64,000 nt of DNA from Camelus ferus. Its lineage: Eukaryota. The position numbers and the translations under genes were made by a program. The stretch lies in contig NC_045696.1 in assembly GCF_009834535.1 (NCBI RefSeq), positions 88,166,001 through 88,230,000 on the forward strand, read 5' to 3'. This document shows positions 42,361 to 56,200 of the stretch, one piece after another (the first letter of the stretch is position 1; each line of letters starts with the position of its first letter). The notes below the pieces were generated by a model that saw only the letters and a program-made list of their open reading frames with translations, had not been told where the DNA came from and searched no databases.

Positions 42361-44339
42361 TTGACATTAATTCACAGCTAAAAGATCAACCCATTCTGGA
42401 AAACATCCGTTACTTTAATTTCTCTCTGAGAAGTGCATCTTCAACCTAGTTAAATTAGAATTTATATTTTGACACGAGGAGGTTTCTTAGAATTGTGGTT
42501 TTAACACATTACTTTGAGAAAATGAGGATAAGAAGAAAGCAAAGTATGAATCTCTGGGTGGAAAATTCCTGAAGAATATGATTAATAACTATTTTCCTTC
42601 AGAAATACAGGGTGAGATTTAGTTATTAGTCAATGTTTTAGTCTAAAACATACAACAAGGTTTTCGTTTAAAATATATATACTTTAGTTCAGACTACACA
42701 AAATTTTCAGAGACAGTTTTGCACTAAGCAGCACATAGACACAGAAATGCTTGCATGGAAATAGTGCTTGTTAAATTTTGTCTCCCTGGGACCAAAGTAA
42801 TTCATCTCTGGCTTCTCTGAGTGGATTTTACAAGTAAAGTGAGATCTCAGCCCCAACTTCAGATATAATAGCTTGAGTCAGATGAACTGAACTGGCCTGA
42901 GGGGCTTCCCTGTGTTGAGGAACAGGAGGAAAAGACGCAGTGTTCTAAGGCACTAGAGCCCCAGGCAAGAAGGATGACTTCGGGGCTTGTTCCCAGGATG
43001 TCAGCAGCCCTCTGGGATTTTCCCATTTAAACAAGTAAAAGGAAGTAGAGATGAAAGTTAGAAGCAGCAGCCAAGAGGGACCATTAACGTCATACTCATT
43101 TCAGGCACGTCCACCCCAAGGAAGAAGGTCCCACAACAGAGCATAATATATAAGGATGTCAGGAAAAAGAAAACAGGCAGAGAGAGTTGCTGCCACCACT
43201 TCCTTCTTCCTCGAGAGCTGCATTCATCAAACAATCCTCTTTTCCTTTTTAAGGTACCTGGTGTTGAGCTCTCAGTGCTATGCACCCACGAGGGTGAATT
43301 AGGGAGAATTTCCAAGAAGCTGTCTTCTCCTGCCCTGATGCTTCCAGCTGACCTTCTCCTGCTCAGTGTTAGAGTTTGTTTGCACATATAACCCCATGAA
43401 AAGGAAGGAGGAGAAACTCTGTAACTACAGAGTCCGATTTCCCACCTTATTTTTTACGGGCAATTCCAGGGTGGCTGTAATCAGTTCTGATAAGTCTTGC
43501 TCATTCCTTCCTTTGATAGAGGCAGCAAAACCATCATCATTTCCATTAGCCAGTGGGAGGCTCTTTCTCCCAGAGTGTTGAAATAAGTGAATCCTTTACA
43601 ATTTTATGAAGCACCTTGAGTATAACATTGCATTCTACCAAGTTAAATGCTTCTTGTACTTAACAAGTGTGCAGTAAATTAAAAACATATTCTCAGCATT
43701 TTTCAGTTAGAGAAGAGGGATTAGCTTGGGTTCAAAGTCTCAGACCATTAAAAACAAAAAGAAGTCCATCGGCAAACATGGACCTTTTTCTCCCTCTCTG
43801 CAGGCCACCACTGTCCCAGTCACTCCTCTTCTCCTCCCACTCTGTCTTCAATCCAGGGAGTATGACAGGAAGCAGAATGTTCCAAGTGGCAGGCGAGGCC
43901 CATGGCACAGCTTTGGGTGCAGAAAAAGAACTGTACTCAGGAGGGCAGGGAGGCAACACGCTAAGGCAGGCAAAGTCATCATGCAGGTAACTGGGTGATG
44001 GAAAAGCAAACTCACCCGCACGGACAAGTAGACCGGGAAAAACGTACATTAAATTTAGGCACGAAAATAAACCCTGGCTCTACATCTCCCAAGCCTCAAA
44101 GAAACCTTTAAGGATGGTATTAGGCAAAGGCAAGAACGAGATTATTATAACTCTTTTTAATCTTTTTTTATTCCCTTCACAGGGAGCCCGAATCTCTCTG
44201 CTGTAGTGGGGTTTTCTTATATTAGGGAGAGAGAGAGAGGAGGTAGGAAACGCCACAGTGTGAATGACTGGGTGGACAAGGAGCCAGAAGCCAGTTTTGC
44301 AGGCTGAAACATCCCACTGATTGTAAAAGGCAGCAGGTA

Positions 44340-44460
44340 ACTGCGTGTGACCAGTGGGGGAGATGCGGTACACGGGAACTCTCTGTACTTTCTGCTCAAT
44401 TGTCTGTAAAACTGAAACGACTCTAAAAGATAAAGTCCATTTACTAAAAAAAAAGAGAAA
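44340..44460 (+). mobile_element. L1MB-type 3' terminus
   Basis: gtacacgggaactctctgtactttctgctcaattgtctgtaaaactgaaacgactctaaaagataaagtc followed by an A-tail. Confidence 0.75.
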
Positions 44461-47400
44461 AAGCACTGGGGTCTGAATATGATTGATCTGTTCACTCATT
44501 TGTTTATTCGTTGGTCCTGGTGGCAGTTCATAATCTATCAAAGTTGCTGCTAAAAATCTGAATTTAAAATTTAACTGATGCCCATAATTCATCTTTGTTA
44601 AGTTTCGGCAGGTTAACCAAAATCTATGGTAGAGCTAAACTGGGTTCCATGTGAGAAACGTTTTCCATGAAGAAAAGATTTGAATGAGACTTTTCTACTT
44701 CCATGACATAAATTATTTAGACACCCATTAAAATAAGTATAACCAAACTTAAGCAAACCGCTTCACTTTTCTGGAGACCAAGCAGAGTGTCTGTTGTGGG
44801 ATGGTCCCCAGTAGAAATTATCACAGAAAGAAGTAGGAGCCAACTCACTCCTGCTCCATCAGGTCCACCCAAAAATTAGCCAAAGCTTCCCTGTTGGGGA
44901 GGCTCTGGAGAAGCTTCAGGATGCAGAATCTAGCAGATTGGAGGGTTTTAAGGAAAAGGAGTTTATCTTTGAAGCAAAAGGTGTTTTTGGATAACATGAT
45001 AGATACGGAATTTTCATCACTAGCAGCTTATCTTCTGCTGAGAGCCTTGCTTCTCAGGGTTGAAAGATCTGTGTTGATCCTTTTATCAGCTTACTTACAT
45101 GCTCAGACAAAGGGAACACAAACATGAAGTAAAGCAACTAAAGACATGGCTTTATTATAAAAATATTTCCAATTACCAAACTTCCATTTGTCTTTCATTT
45201 CTGCACTGTTAAAATCTTCTTTAAAAATCCATAGTCCCAAACCTATTCCATTGCTCTGAATGTCTTACAAACAAATATTAGGAAAGTCAGAAGTTTGGAG
45301 ATGTCAACAGACAGTGCATATATCCCCAAAGACATCATGGAATCTAAACTAGTAGCCAAGCTGGTTAGCATATTTGATCAAGGTTACAGCAGGCCCATAG
45401 AAACATTTTAATCAGAAGTTACCAGGAGAAATCAATCTAGGCCTATAGGAACTGGAGTGGGTTCTTACCCTGCCTCTAGTCCTCAAAAAGTTCTTGAAAA
45501 ACCCTTAATCACTCCTAACCACTCATAAAGCTGTGGTCACTGACCCATACCATTGACCAAAAAAGGCAAGAAACAAAGTAAGATACAGGCCACATTGCAT
45601 TTTTCTGGGTTGTGCTAACATGCTGATCCTAGCACTTTCCTGCTTTGCTCTGACTCCGTAATTTGTCATTTGTTTCCAAGACTTCATCATGGATCTAGAT
45701 TCTGGTAACTCCATAAAAGTTTGTCAGGAGCCTGGGTCACCAACAGCTTCAAGAGACTCGGGGCAAGTCAATTTACTATGGGGGCTCGGTGTCCTTATAT
45801 TAAAAACAATGAGTCTGGCCTAGATGAGCCAGCGATAAACCCTTTTCTAATTCTGAAGTGTTAAGACTGTTTTCTCAATAAATCCTGGCTAATCATACCA
45901 CCTGAGACTTAAATATCATTACATCCTCATTTTGCCACCTGGTCTGGGGCCTATTCTGGGGCTTCAGAGTCAGGTCATGGAAAGCTCTGCCTGTGGCAGT
46001 GGCTCTGGAAGCCCCTTTAGAGGTCCACAGCTCTCTGAGGGAGAGCTGAGAATCCCAGAATAACGGGCATCTCTGATAAGCATCAGGTTAGGTATCAGCC
46101 CAGAGAAGAACAGAAGGGAGTCTGTCCCTGAAAAAGTGACCAAGAGGTTAATGCTTCCCCTGAAAACCAGCAGTCACTTCCTCTTTGAGGATAGCTGTGC
46201 TATTTAATACCCCAGAAGACCAAGGACAAAGGATGGCATTGTGTAAGCACTGTAACTCAAGCAATTAGCCAGGTAATGGTCTGTGGGGTTCATTACAGCA
46301 GAAAGTCAATTAAAACACTTGGAAGGAGATTATGCAAAGCCCTCAGATTTCAAATCTTATAAGCTACCCAGTAAGACTAAATTATAGTAAATGTCCTATC
46401 TCTACAGTAGATATCACATAAATGAAAATAAAGTTTCTCTTCTAGTATGGACTCATGCTCAATAGCTCATCAATCCTAGAAATTTAAAAAAGCAGCCAAG
46501 TGTCTAGCTTTCATTCAACAATAGAGGATATGGGATAAAGGATGTCATGTTTGAATTGAATATCTTCTTTCCTACCTTTGGTCTAAATAATATTTTGTAT
46601 TCCTCTAGTTAATAATTGTCTTTTAAAGATTAAAAAATACAGCAATTAATTTCATTTTGAATTTCTGCCAGTGGACTTGAGGAAGAATGAATGAAATGTG
46701 AATTTCAGAAGGAAAATTATTTCTTAGAAAGATCTTTAGATAAGATTTCTTCTGTTTAATGACTTGTGCCTGACTTCATTCTCACAGAAGCATAGTGTTT
46801 CCTTTTTTCTATAATGCAGATATGTTATTTTAAAACTAGACTTCTTTAAACTAGAAAATAAATGAGAGTTCTTTATGAAATTTCAAAAATTCAAATACCA
46901 TTTAGCATCCAAATAGATGGCCATAATGATTTGCCCTAAACACTGGTAGAAATATAAAAATTAGTTCCTGTCCTAAAAGCCCTCAAGTCAAGTTTAAGCC
47001 AGTGGTTAAGTTTTATTCATGAATTATAAATCCCTTACAGAAGGGAGTAAAAATAAAATGACCAATAGATCTAGAAATGTAATGTTCCACTAATTCTATC
47101 ATAAGAAGCTAAATGCATATTAAACTTTTATTATTATTCATAATTGTTCTGTAAAATACCACAGGCATAACATATTTTTAAAAGCAAAATCTTTTCTCCT
47201 TACCAGATAATTATGATAGAAACCACATTTTTGATACCACTACCTAATTCATCTTAACTGAACATATACCTCAGTATTATAATCTAAACAAAACTTGATT
47301 GTTAAGACCTTCATCTCTGAAAAGGGGTTAAATATTATGCAGAACCAAAACACATAGCTCTACCCCCGTAATGTCAATCTATTTTAATCTCCCGTTAGAA

Positions 47401-48508
47401 TTTATTTATTCTACTTATCTCACAGATATTCACAAACTTAGTGACTTTTAAATTAAGAATGATTCTATACTTCATCCCACAACCTTTCATATTTCAAAAA
47501 TCGATTCAAAAAATAGATTTCACACAACAAAGACAGCATTCTCTCAATTGCACACTTGTATCATGTCTATTATATTCTTATTTCCTTGAGGCAAATTATA
47601 GCAACACAACTTTTTTAAGCCTAGGATCTTATTGCAAAAGGTCTGATGAAAGATTAAAAAAATCAATATTTGCAATCATCACCTACCTTATGGATATCTC
47701 CCTATCAGTAATCCCTCCCTGGATGGCACATTGGAAAATTCAGTCTCCTTCACCATTAGACAGGGGTCTGTTTTATTCCTTTTGAGATTTGCCCCACCCA
47801 ATGAGAGGTGAGTACCCTATGATGAGGGGAGTGGTGACTTTCTGACTCTGAAGAAAGGCTCTGAAATCTGATGAAATGCAAATATCTTGGGAATATTCAA
47901 GTCTTAGCCCTTCACTGTCCTGACCATGTCTGCCATTCCCCTTGGCTCACAGGATTATCTTTCATCCTAATACTTTAAGGCCATGGCACCAATGTGGCAT
48001 ATAACTCCCCTGTTTGGTAAATGCCACAGTTCTCTGGAGGATCTCCACTGGAATCTGTTATTTGGGCAGCATTTGGGTGTTTAGAGGCATCTGCTTCCAC
48101 TGTTGAGTGAGTCCTCACTGCAGGAAAACGATCACTTGGGTGACATTTCTGAACAAACCCATCCTCCCCACCAACCTTCCTCTTTACTGCATGAGCCTGA
48201 CACCCACTGAGGATTGTAGACTTGCAGATTCCTGGCCAGGTTCATTTCTAAGAAGATAACTTTGTCATATTATTTGGGACTGCAATAAGATGTTCTCAAG
48301 AACTCATAAATTACAAAAGCACTATTGGTCTCTTGATAGAGAATTCATTCAGCAAACAAGCAAGCAAGCTTTCTTGAGAACCTATCAAATGCCAGACCAT
48401 GTTCTAGATGCTGGGAATAGAACAGGAGAAAGATTGACAAGGTCACTACTTTCATGGAGTTTGTATCCTAATGGAAGAAACAATCAAAAATTAAAACACA
48501 AAGATGTA

Positions 48509-48675
48509 GATAAACAACAAGTTTCTACTATATAGCACAGGCATCTATCGTCAATATCTTGCAGTAACCTAATGAAAAGGAATATATGTATTTACATGTA
48601 TAACTGAAATATTATGCTGTACACCAGAAATTGATACAACATTGTAAATTGACCATACTTCAATAAAAAAATAAT
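48509..48675 (+). mobile_element. Short L1 3' end inserted in an L2, 16-bp TSD
   Basis: TSD aaaaca(c/t)aaagatgta lies at 48493-48508 and 48676-48691 at a TT/AAAA site. The L2 host spans ~48340-48850. Confidence 0.9.
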
Positions 48676-50548
48676 AAAACATAAAGATGTAAACAGTAAA
48701 TATCATATATTAATAAGCCAGTAAGCATTATGCACAAACTAAAGCAAAGTGAAATGATGGAGAATGAGTGGCTTTTTAGATCGGGGGCTCAGGGAAGGCC
48801 TTTCTAACAAGCTGACATTTAAGCTGTTGCAATTTGAATGACCAAGGAACCATGGAGAAGGAGGAAATCAGAGGATAATGCAAGAGAATCCCAAGTGCAG
48901 AAACTGAATGAAAACAAGCATTCGACTATAAGTGCAATGCAAAATAGATCAGAACAGAGCTACAAAAGAAAACAAATTAAATCCCAGCAAAATGGTGATA
49001 TGAGTGAAGATATTAACATATCTGAGACAGCAGCTATAGAAGAAAACCAACAGAAAATAGAAAAAGGAGCCTGTGAGGCACAAACAGAATTAGAACCCAT
49101 CCAGACAGGCTCAGGGAGCCTCAGCCAATGAAGACTGCAACATTCCAGTCCCATTGGTAACCTGATCCCCATTAAGAGCTGATACAGCCGATTAGCTTAA
49201 CCAGAAACCATGAAATATTTGATTAATGTAAATCCTCTCCTTCTGATTCCACACTCACCAAGCACTTCCTCATTCTGCCCTCAGGGAGAATGTGCTGATC
49301 CTAAGACTTCAAATAATTCCACCTAGTGACTGCTCATGGTAAGTTACAAAGTGGATTTCCAATTATTATTTGGCTTCCCCTGTAGCTTGCTGGCCTGGAG
49401 AAAATGTTGTTGCCAGGCTGATACAAATACAGCAGCCCATGTGGTTATATTTCTCATTATAAATTAATTCTGAGAGATACCTGTCTCTTCCTCATTTTAG
49501 TGTTTCTGGAGTCCTGCTCACTGCTGAACATTGACAAATGCAAGTTTAATCAAGCCAGCACCTAGAGAATCCCAGCCCAGTGCCAGCTGGCCTTTCCTTG
49601 GCAGCCACAGCCTCCTGATGCTGAGGCTGTATGTATCTATGGCTACCACATCTTCACCTAAAATGCCTGATGAGTTCACCTGGACCTGGTAAAGAAAGTG
49701 ACTGCCCTGAAACAAGCAAACAAGCATGCTGAAGTCCACCTTTGGGTTTACCATGCTATCTGAGATCCTTGGCAAGCAAGTATCAGTTTTCAGTCTATAA
49801 AATGGAGAAGATGGTCTACTCTGGGGCTTTTTCCATAAGTTTTTAATTACACAAGTAATATATAAATACATTTGCCCTTAAATGCACAAAAACATTACAG
49901 GAAACAACACCCCAACTGCTGTCTGCTGTTCCTCAGATCCCAAGGTAAGCACTGTTATTACATATGAATCCCTTCCAAAAAGCATTTACATCCTATGTCT
50001 CCATACATAAACCTCCCCATAAAATATAGTATTGTTTGCTTTATGTCTAATAAATAGTTCCACATGAGTATATCTTGCTCTGTAACTTGCTTTCAATAAG
50101 CAATATATCTTGGGATTTGACTCATCTCCATAGGCAGTGTGTGAATAACAGTGGAAGATGGCTTACAGCTGAAGTAATGGTTCCATGACTTCCACAAAGG
50201 TCGTTTCTTGGGTTACTTACATATCTTTTACTCTCTAAATACCTAAAACTATAATACTGCTTGGAGTTTAAAACACCTTTACCTAGCAAAACTGTAACAG
50301 TTATGTTTAGATCTCCTATATAGAAACGGAAGTAGGTATTTTCCTCACAAATGTAATGCAAGTAAATGTAAACCTAGATTTTTCAACATCAGAACACATA
50401 GCTCTCCCTTAGTCTCTATAATTATTGCATAACATTCCATTATATGAATACACCACGCATTTGTACTCTATTCATCAATTGGGAGCTACTTAGACTTACT
50501 CCAATTTTTAACTCTACAAAATGTTGCAATAAGTATACACATACATTC

Positions 50549-50638
50549 TTTTTTTTTTCTGATAGAGGTACTGGGGACTGAACCCAGAACTTCATGCATG
50601 CTAAGCATGTGCTCTACCACTGAGCTATACCCTCCCCC
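50549..50638 (-). mobile_element. Camelid tRNA-Ala-derived SINE
   Basis: gaggtactggggactgaacccagaacttcatgcatgctaagcatgtgctctaccactgagctataccctcccc. Confidence 0.9.
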
Positions 50639-51499
50639 TATTTTTCACTGTGCACGTAAAAGAGAATTTCTCTAGAATAGCTCCAGGAAATAGAACTACC
50701 AAATGACAGCATCTAAGTCTAGGCTCAAGTTATAGTCTGTAGACGCACAGGAGTGTTTATTTAAAATAAAGAAATACATCAGAAGACTCAAAATTTAAAA
50801 AGAAACACATAAGAAGAAAGAAGAAGGAAGCTTTCATGGTTCCACCTCAGATCTTCTGAGCCAGAATCCATAGAAGTAGGAGCCAGGACCTATGTTTTAT
50901 GCAAACACTTTAGGTGGTTTTCACAGTGAAGTTGGAGAACGACTAGACTAGGTGGCTCTCAGGTGCTGTCTGTCTCTAAAAATGCCCTAAAATATCCATC
51001 TAGCAACCACTTCCATGAGCAAGGCCCTGCCTTAGGAGCTTCACACAAGCTCCCTGTTGAGTCATAGCTCCCATACCAGGACCAGAGCTGAATTTCAATC
51101 CAGATTTTTGTCTACTGATATATATGAGGGCCCTTGGACACAGAGCTTCACTCCCAAGTGCACCCCCAGAAGAGTCATCTTTCACCCTCCTCCATCCCAC
51201 CTCTGTGACCATCCTCTCCACCCACCTCTGTTTCCATGGATGTGGCTCTGATGAGTCTGGCTCCCTAATACGTGCTGCCTCCTGCCGGACTGGGACTGGC
51301 CTGCTGCTCTGTCTGGGTTTTGGTTTTGTTTTTTTTTCCTTTGTTATCACCAAATCTTCCTGAACAGCCTTTCTCTGTAGAGAGCAGGAGAAGAAGAGAA
51401 GGGAAGTAAACAAAGACCCATGTCCATTGTGGTTAGAAGTTTACAGAGAAAGCTGTAAATATTAACATATTCATAACTGTATTTAATTAATAATTGACT

Positions 51500-51625
51500 A
51501 GTAAATTTTATAGATGAGAAAACTGAGCACAGAGAAGTTAAGAAATTTGCCCAAGAAAACTAGCCAGGGAGAGGCAGACCCAGCATTCAAACCCAGGTTT
51601 CTCTGGTGCCAAAGCCCAGCTCGTA
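51500..51625 (-). mobile_element. MIR core
   Basis: attttatagatgagaaaactgagcacagagaagttaagaaatttgcccaag...cattcaaacccagg. Confidence 0.85.
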
Positions 51626-52119
51626 AGTCTGTTTTATACTACTTTCCATTTCTAGCGCAAGTCTAGTACCTGTGAATTTTATCCTCCCTCTCTTCTAGGC
51701 ATTTATGCAGGATTTTATAGTTGAAGTGCAAGAAACAACCTTGAGCATGAAGTTAAAGGAATATGGGCCATGGAAATCTTCATCAATTCGTTTGAAAGTG
51801 TTCAGCAGGCATCACGCATTATGCTGAGTCACATTAGGAATTCATGCCAGCCTGTAACTCTTTACACTCTCTGGCATGCTGGCTCCGGATGGATTTATGT
51901 ACCACTAAACTTAGATAGCTTAAAACACTTCATTGCCTAAGCCCTCAGTAATGCTGATAAAATATATGTAGCTGCATTTATGAATAATTACATTTACTTA
52001 CATTTAAAAAATTGAAAATGTTTTCCAAGAAGTTATTGGACAGTTTCAACTCACTCTGGGCTGGCTGTGATTGTTTTTTTTGCACTGTGTCTCTACATTA
52101 CTATCACCTTTTATGTAGT

Positions 52120-52501
52120 TACTATGAGCTGAATTATGCTCCTCCACCTCCCCCTAAAAAAAATTCATATATTGAAGGCATATCCCTCAATGTAATGACA
52201 TTTGGAGACAGGACCTTTGGGGAGTAATTACGCTTAGATGAGGTCACGGGGATGAGGGTCCTCATGATGGGACTAGTGACCGTATAAGAGACACCAGTGA
52301 GCTTAGCTCTCTTTCTGCCACATGAAGACACAGCAAGAAGGCAGCTGTTGGCAAACCAGGAAAAGAGCTCTCACCAGAAACCCACCATACTCTGGCACCT
52401 GATTCTCAAACTTTCAACCTCCAGAATTGTGAGAAAATTTATTTCTGTTGTTTAAGCTACTCAGCCCATGATATTTTGTTATGACAGCCCAAGCTAAGAC
52501 A
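52120..52501 (+). mobile_element. MLT1A-like MaLR solo LTR
   Basis: ctgaattatgctcc...aaattcatatattgaa...atttggagacaggacctttgggg...gccacatgaagacacagcaagaaggcagc...cagcccaagctaagaca. Confidence 0.85.
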
Positions 52502-52845
52502 ATAGTATTAGATTACTCTGTTTGGGTCATTTTTATGCATTTCTTTTAAAATAAAATTAACAGAATGTTTTTAGTCATTTATAACCTAGTTCAAATTTAG
52601 TTGAATGCAAGAATGTCTTTATTCTTAGAGTTCAATGCTAAAATACTTAGCGTTAGTGAATATTATGACGACTACAACTTATTTTTACAACTTATTTTCA
52701 ATGATCCCCAAAATCTTCTAGAGAGAAAGAGAAAAATGACAGGATGTTAACATTGGTTGAATCTAAGTGAAGAGCATACAGGTACTCATTCTACTCTTCT
52801 TTCATTTTTCTGTAGGTCTCAAATTTTGAAAAATAAAAAATTGAA

Positions 52846-53265
52846 AGTATATTAGATTCGGCTGTGATATTGTTATACAACAAACACCCTTAAAATCTCA
52901 GTAGCTTACAACAAAAAACATTTGTTTATTTCTCATTCACAGGTTCACGAATGGGCTAGGCAGCTCTGCTTCAAGCTGCAGGTCAGGTTTATTTCTGTAC
53001 TACATATCCCTTATCCTGAGACCAGTAGCTACCTAGTATATGCTCACCTCATAGCAGATGGCAGAGTCCAAGAGGGTAAGAGGAATATACAATGTCTCTT
53101 CAGACTGGAATCAGTACCACCATTTTGTCCCATATTCCACCAGCCAAAGCAAGACACGTGGTCAAGCCCAACATCAGTAGGTCTGGAAAGCATATTATAC
53201 CCACAGTGAACACAGCAAGTGTGGAGGGGGAGGAAGAACTGTTGACAAGTAATACAATCTATCAC
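52846..53265 (-). mobile_element. MLT1-type MaLR LTR
   Basis: acaacaaacacccttaaaatctcagtagcttacaacaa...ccagccaaagcaagacacgtggtcaagccca...aatctatcaca. Confidence 0.7.
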
Positions 53266-56200
53266 AGGGGAAGCATTTCATAAATATCAAAAGGGTGAAT
53301 GGGGATAAACACCAGAGCAAGAGGAAAAGAGTATTTATACTCAATGCAACATAAAGTCAGTTTAAGAAATCAAAGGAAGCCTCACTGAGGAAATCATGTT
53401 ATGAAGCACATCAAGGCATAAAGGTGTATAAACACTTTTTCATTGTGCTTGAGGATGGGGTATGTCAGTGAAGTAAGTGATTTTAACATGAAGGTGCCTC
53501 CTTGAATACCCCCAGCTTTCCAGTCATTCAAAGTCCCAGAGAACATGGGCCCCAGACAGCCACCCTCATCCACTGTCCCTGCAGTCGGATGTCCACGAGG
53601 ATCTCCACAGTAACAGTCAGCCCTGAGCTGTGCCTTTGACTTCTGATGTATTTCACAATAAACTGCACTTTCCCTGTGACTGAGCATCTTAACCTGAGAA
53701 TTAGCGTTTTTATACTCACACAATCTCCACATACTAACTTTTCTTTAATAGCCATGACAGTCACTCAAAGGAGTCTTTCCGTGTATTAAATTTTGAAGAA
53801 GAAAATGTGTCAAGGTGAAATTCAAATTATAAGCAGTAGAACATCAAATATATAAATATAGTTGTATATTATACAGACATACCTATCTTACATATGATAT
53901 AATGCATTTTTACAATATATGCATTAGAGATAGGTATATATAAACCCAAATGACTTCATAAAATGTATTGTGTTCCTCTTCAGGGTAGCATTTGTACTCA
54001 AAATAATTTACTAGGAGGAAAACAATGAAGGCCCAGAATAAAGCTCCTTTTATGAAATAGCTCCATCACCAAGCAGATTATATATCCGACCCTGACCTGA
54101 AGGAGCTTGTCAGGTTCCTTTCTTTCCAAGTAAATCGGCCTTGTAGGGCTTCAGTCCAGAAAGCCTCTCTGCTATAGCTCACCGCACCTCTCACGGACCT
54201 TTACTCCTCAGATGTGTACCTCTCGTAATAGGTCTGTACACTTGACCCTGACTCCTTTGATCAAACACAAAAGACAGAAGAATTAAAGGCGAAAGCTTCC
54301 CTTAGTAAGTTGACAGCAGAAAATCTTCATATTTTAGAGCCTTTGGTTTTTAACAACATAATATCCCCTTAAACTTACCTATTTAAAAACTAAAGTTTCA
54401 TCAGTAGCATGGAGCTCTGAAAGTCTCAAATAGTTTGAAATTAATTTCACACTTTGTAAGATTTTCACTGCTATAAAGTTTTGTTTCACCCTCCCTCTTA
54501 TAGAAAATCTCATTGCAAAAATACTCATTTGTTTTCAACTCTGCTAAAATTATAAGCCTTATAGTGGAAAACTTAAATGGCAGAGAGCTTCCTTCTATTT
54601 TGTAATTTAATGTGTAAATAAAGTCAAATTTGAACAGCTAGACATTTCACTACACTTGTTCATCATTCAAATTGACTACCAGAAAAAAAAAAAAAAAAGA
54701 TTATCTTTTTGGTTGCTTCAAACCTTCTTCTAAAACCATTTAGCTTCTTTCTCATTGATTCAAGCAATAAGAGACCTAATGTTCCTTGAACAACTTACAT
54801 TTGAAAATGTGTTTTGCTTCCTGAAAATATTCAAGTTTTATAACATTGGGATTTTTTTCAATAAAGTGGAGTTCAAGAAGATAGGCAAATCTCTCCACCA
54901 GGGACTTCTGAAATATTGCAATATACCAGCAATTCAATTTAAACACTAAAAATAGTTTCTCTGATATCATACATTTTCTTAGTCTGACAGATTTGTACTT
55001 CCCTTCATAAAACCAATTAATTTTTGCTAATATGCATCAGTCACTAATATACATTGATATCTAAGTGTGTATTTTAAATACATGGTAAGGTGCCAATGAA
55101 AATGAGGCCCTTTTTCAGTTATTTGAATTCCATCAGGGCCGTGACTCTGTGCATATGGCAACAGTCCTGGTTAGCCACAAAACAACCCCAACAATATATC
55201 AACGGATCAAAAATGAAATATGTATATAACCTGATTTTTCTCCAGCTTCCAGCCTGCCTAAAAAGTAATTTACTCCTATTTTACTTACTTTTACATCAAT
55301 ATCTTAAGACCCTTCCCTAAGTATTTCTAAGATTCTTCATGGGTGTCTTGCCAGGTGGCCCCACGGGCCCTCCCTGACCCACTGTGCCCCTCCCTCCCCA
55401 GGTCTCTACTGGACTCCACCTCTGCTCCTCCTCCAGTGATGCATGGAGCATTGTATGGCCAAGGAGCTACCACTTGAGTACACCCACTTGGATATTTGTG
55501 CATTCTCTTGATGTCTTAGAGAGATTTAAGTGCAAAATGGTTTCTGTTTCTCTCTCCTTCTCCACACAGAACTCAAACACGAGACCAAAGAGGGCTTGCC
55601 TGGGGAATAAATCTAAGTAACATGGACAGGTTGCATTAGAATCCCCCTTTCTCAGTGGCAACTTGTATCTCAAGAATTAATTCCTCCCCCAGAAGAGTTC
55701 TTGGTCCTTACGCTTATTAGCTTTCCATTCCTTCATGGTAAGTCAACATTTTCCACACAACCCCGGAAATATCTGGATCCCACTTTAAATTTAAGACCCC
55801 TGGTCCAGGTGATTATCCACATCTAAAACAATATGTAGCTATTACTAAAATATTATCAAAACTATTTCTATTTGCATATTAAAATAAGAGACTCCAACTC
55901 TCATAGCTTAACTCTGGAGGTACATCTTGTAGTGGGTATTTGTGGGTTTTCTGACTAATAAGCTTCTCTTTTTTTCTTTCTCTTTTTTTTTTTTTTTTTT
56001 GGGAGGGGGCAATTTTTTAAGATTAAGAGACCTGCATCTTCAAGGTAAAACCCAGGAAACTCAGGCACGTGACCTAGACACTACCAATAAGGAGTACTCA
56101 GTGAGGCTTCAGTTTGGAAGTGAGTGGCCTAAGGAAGGAAGCTCTGCACACAATCCAACATGCTGGTGAGACTTACAGCAGAACTGCCTGGCTTTCTCAG

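Noticed and set aside
48838..49131. 97-aa hydrophilic ORF
   Set aside because: It begins inside an L2 remnant and runs through purine-rich DNA that is naturally poor in stops. I recognise no homology.
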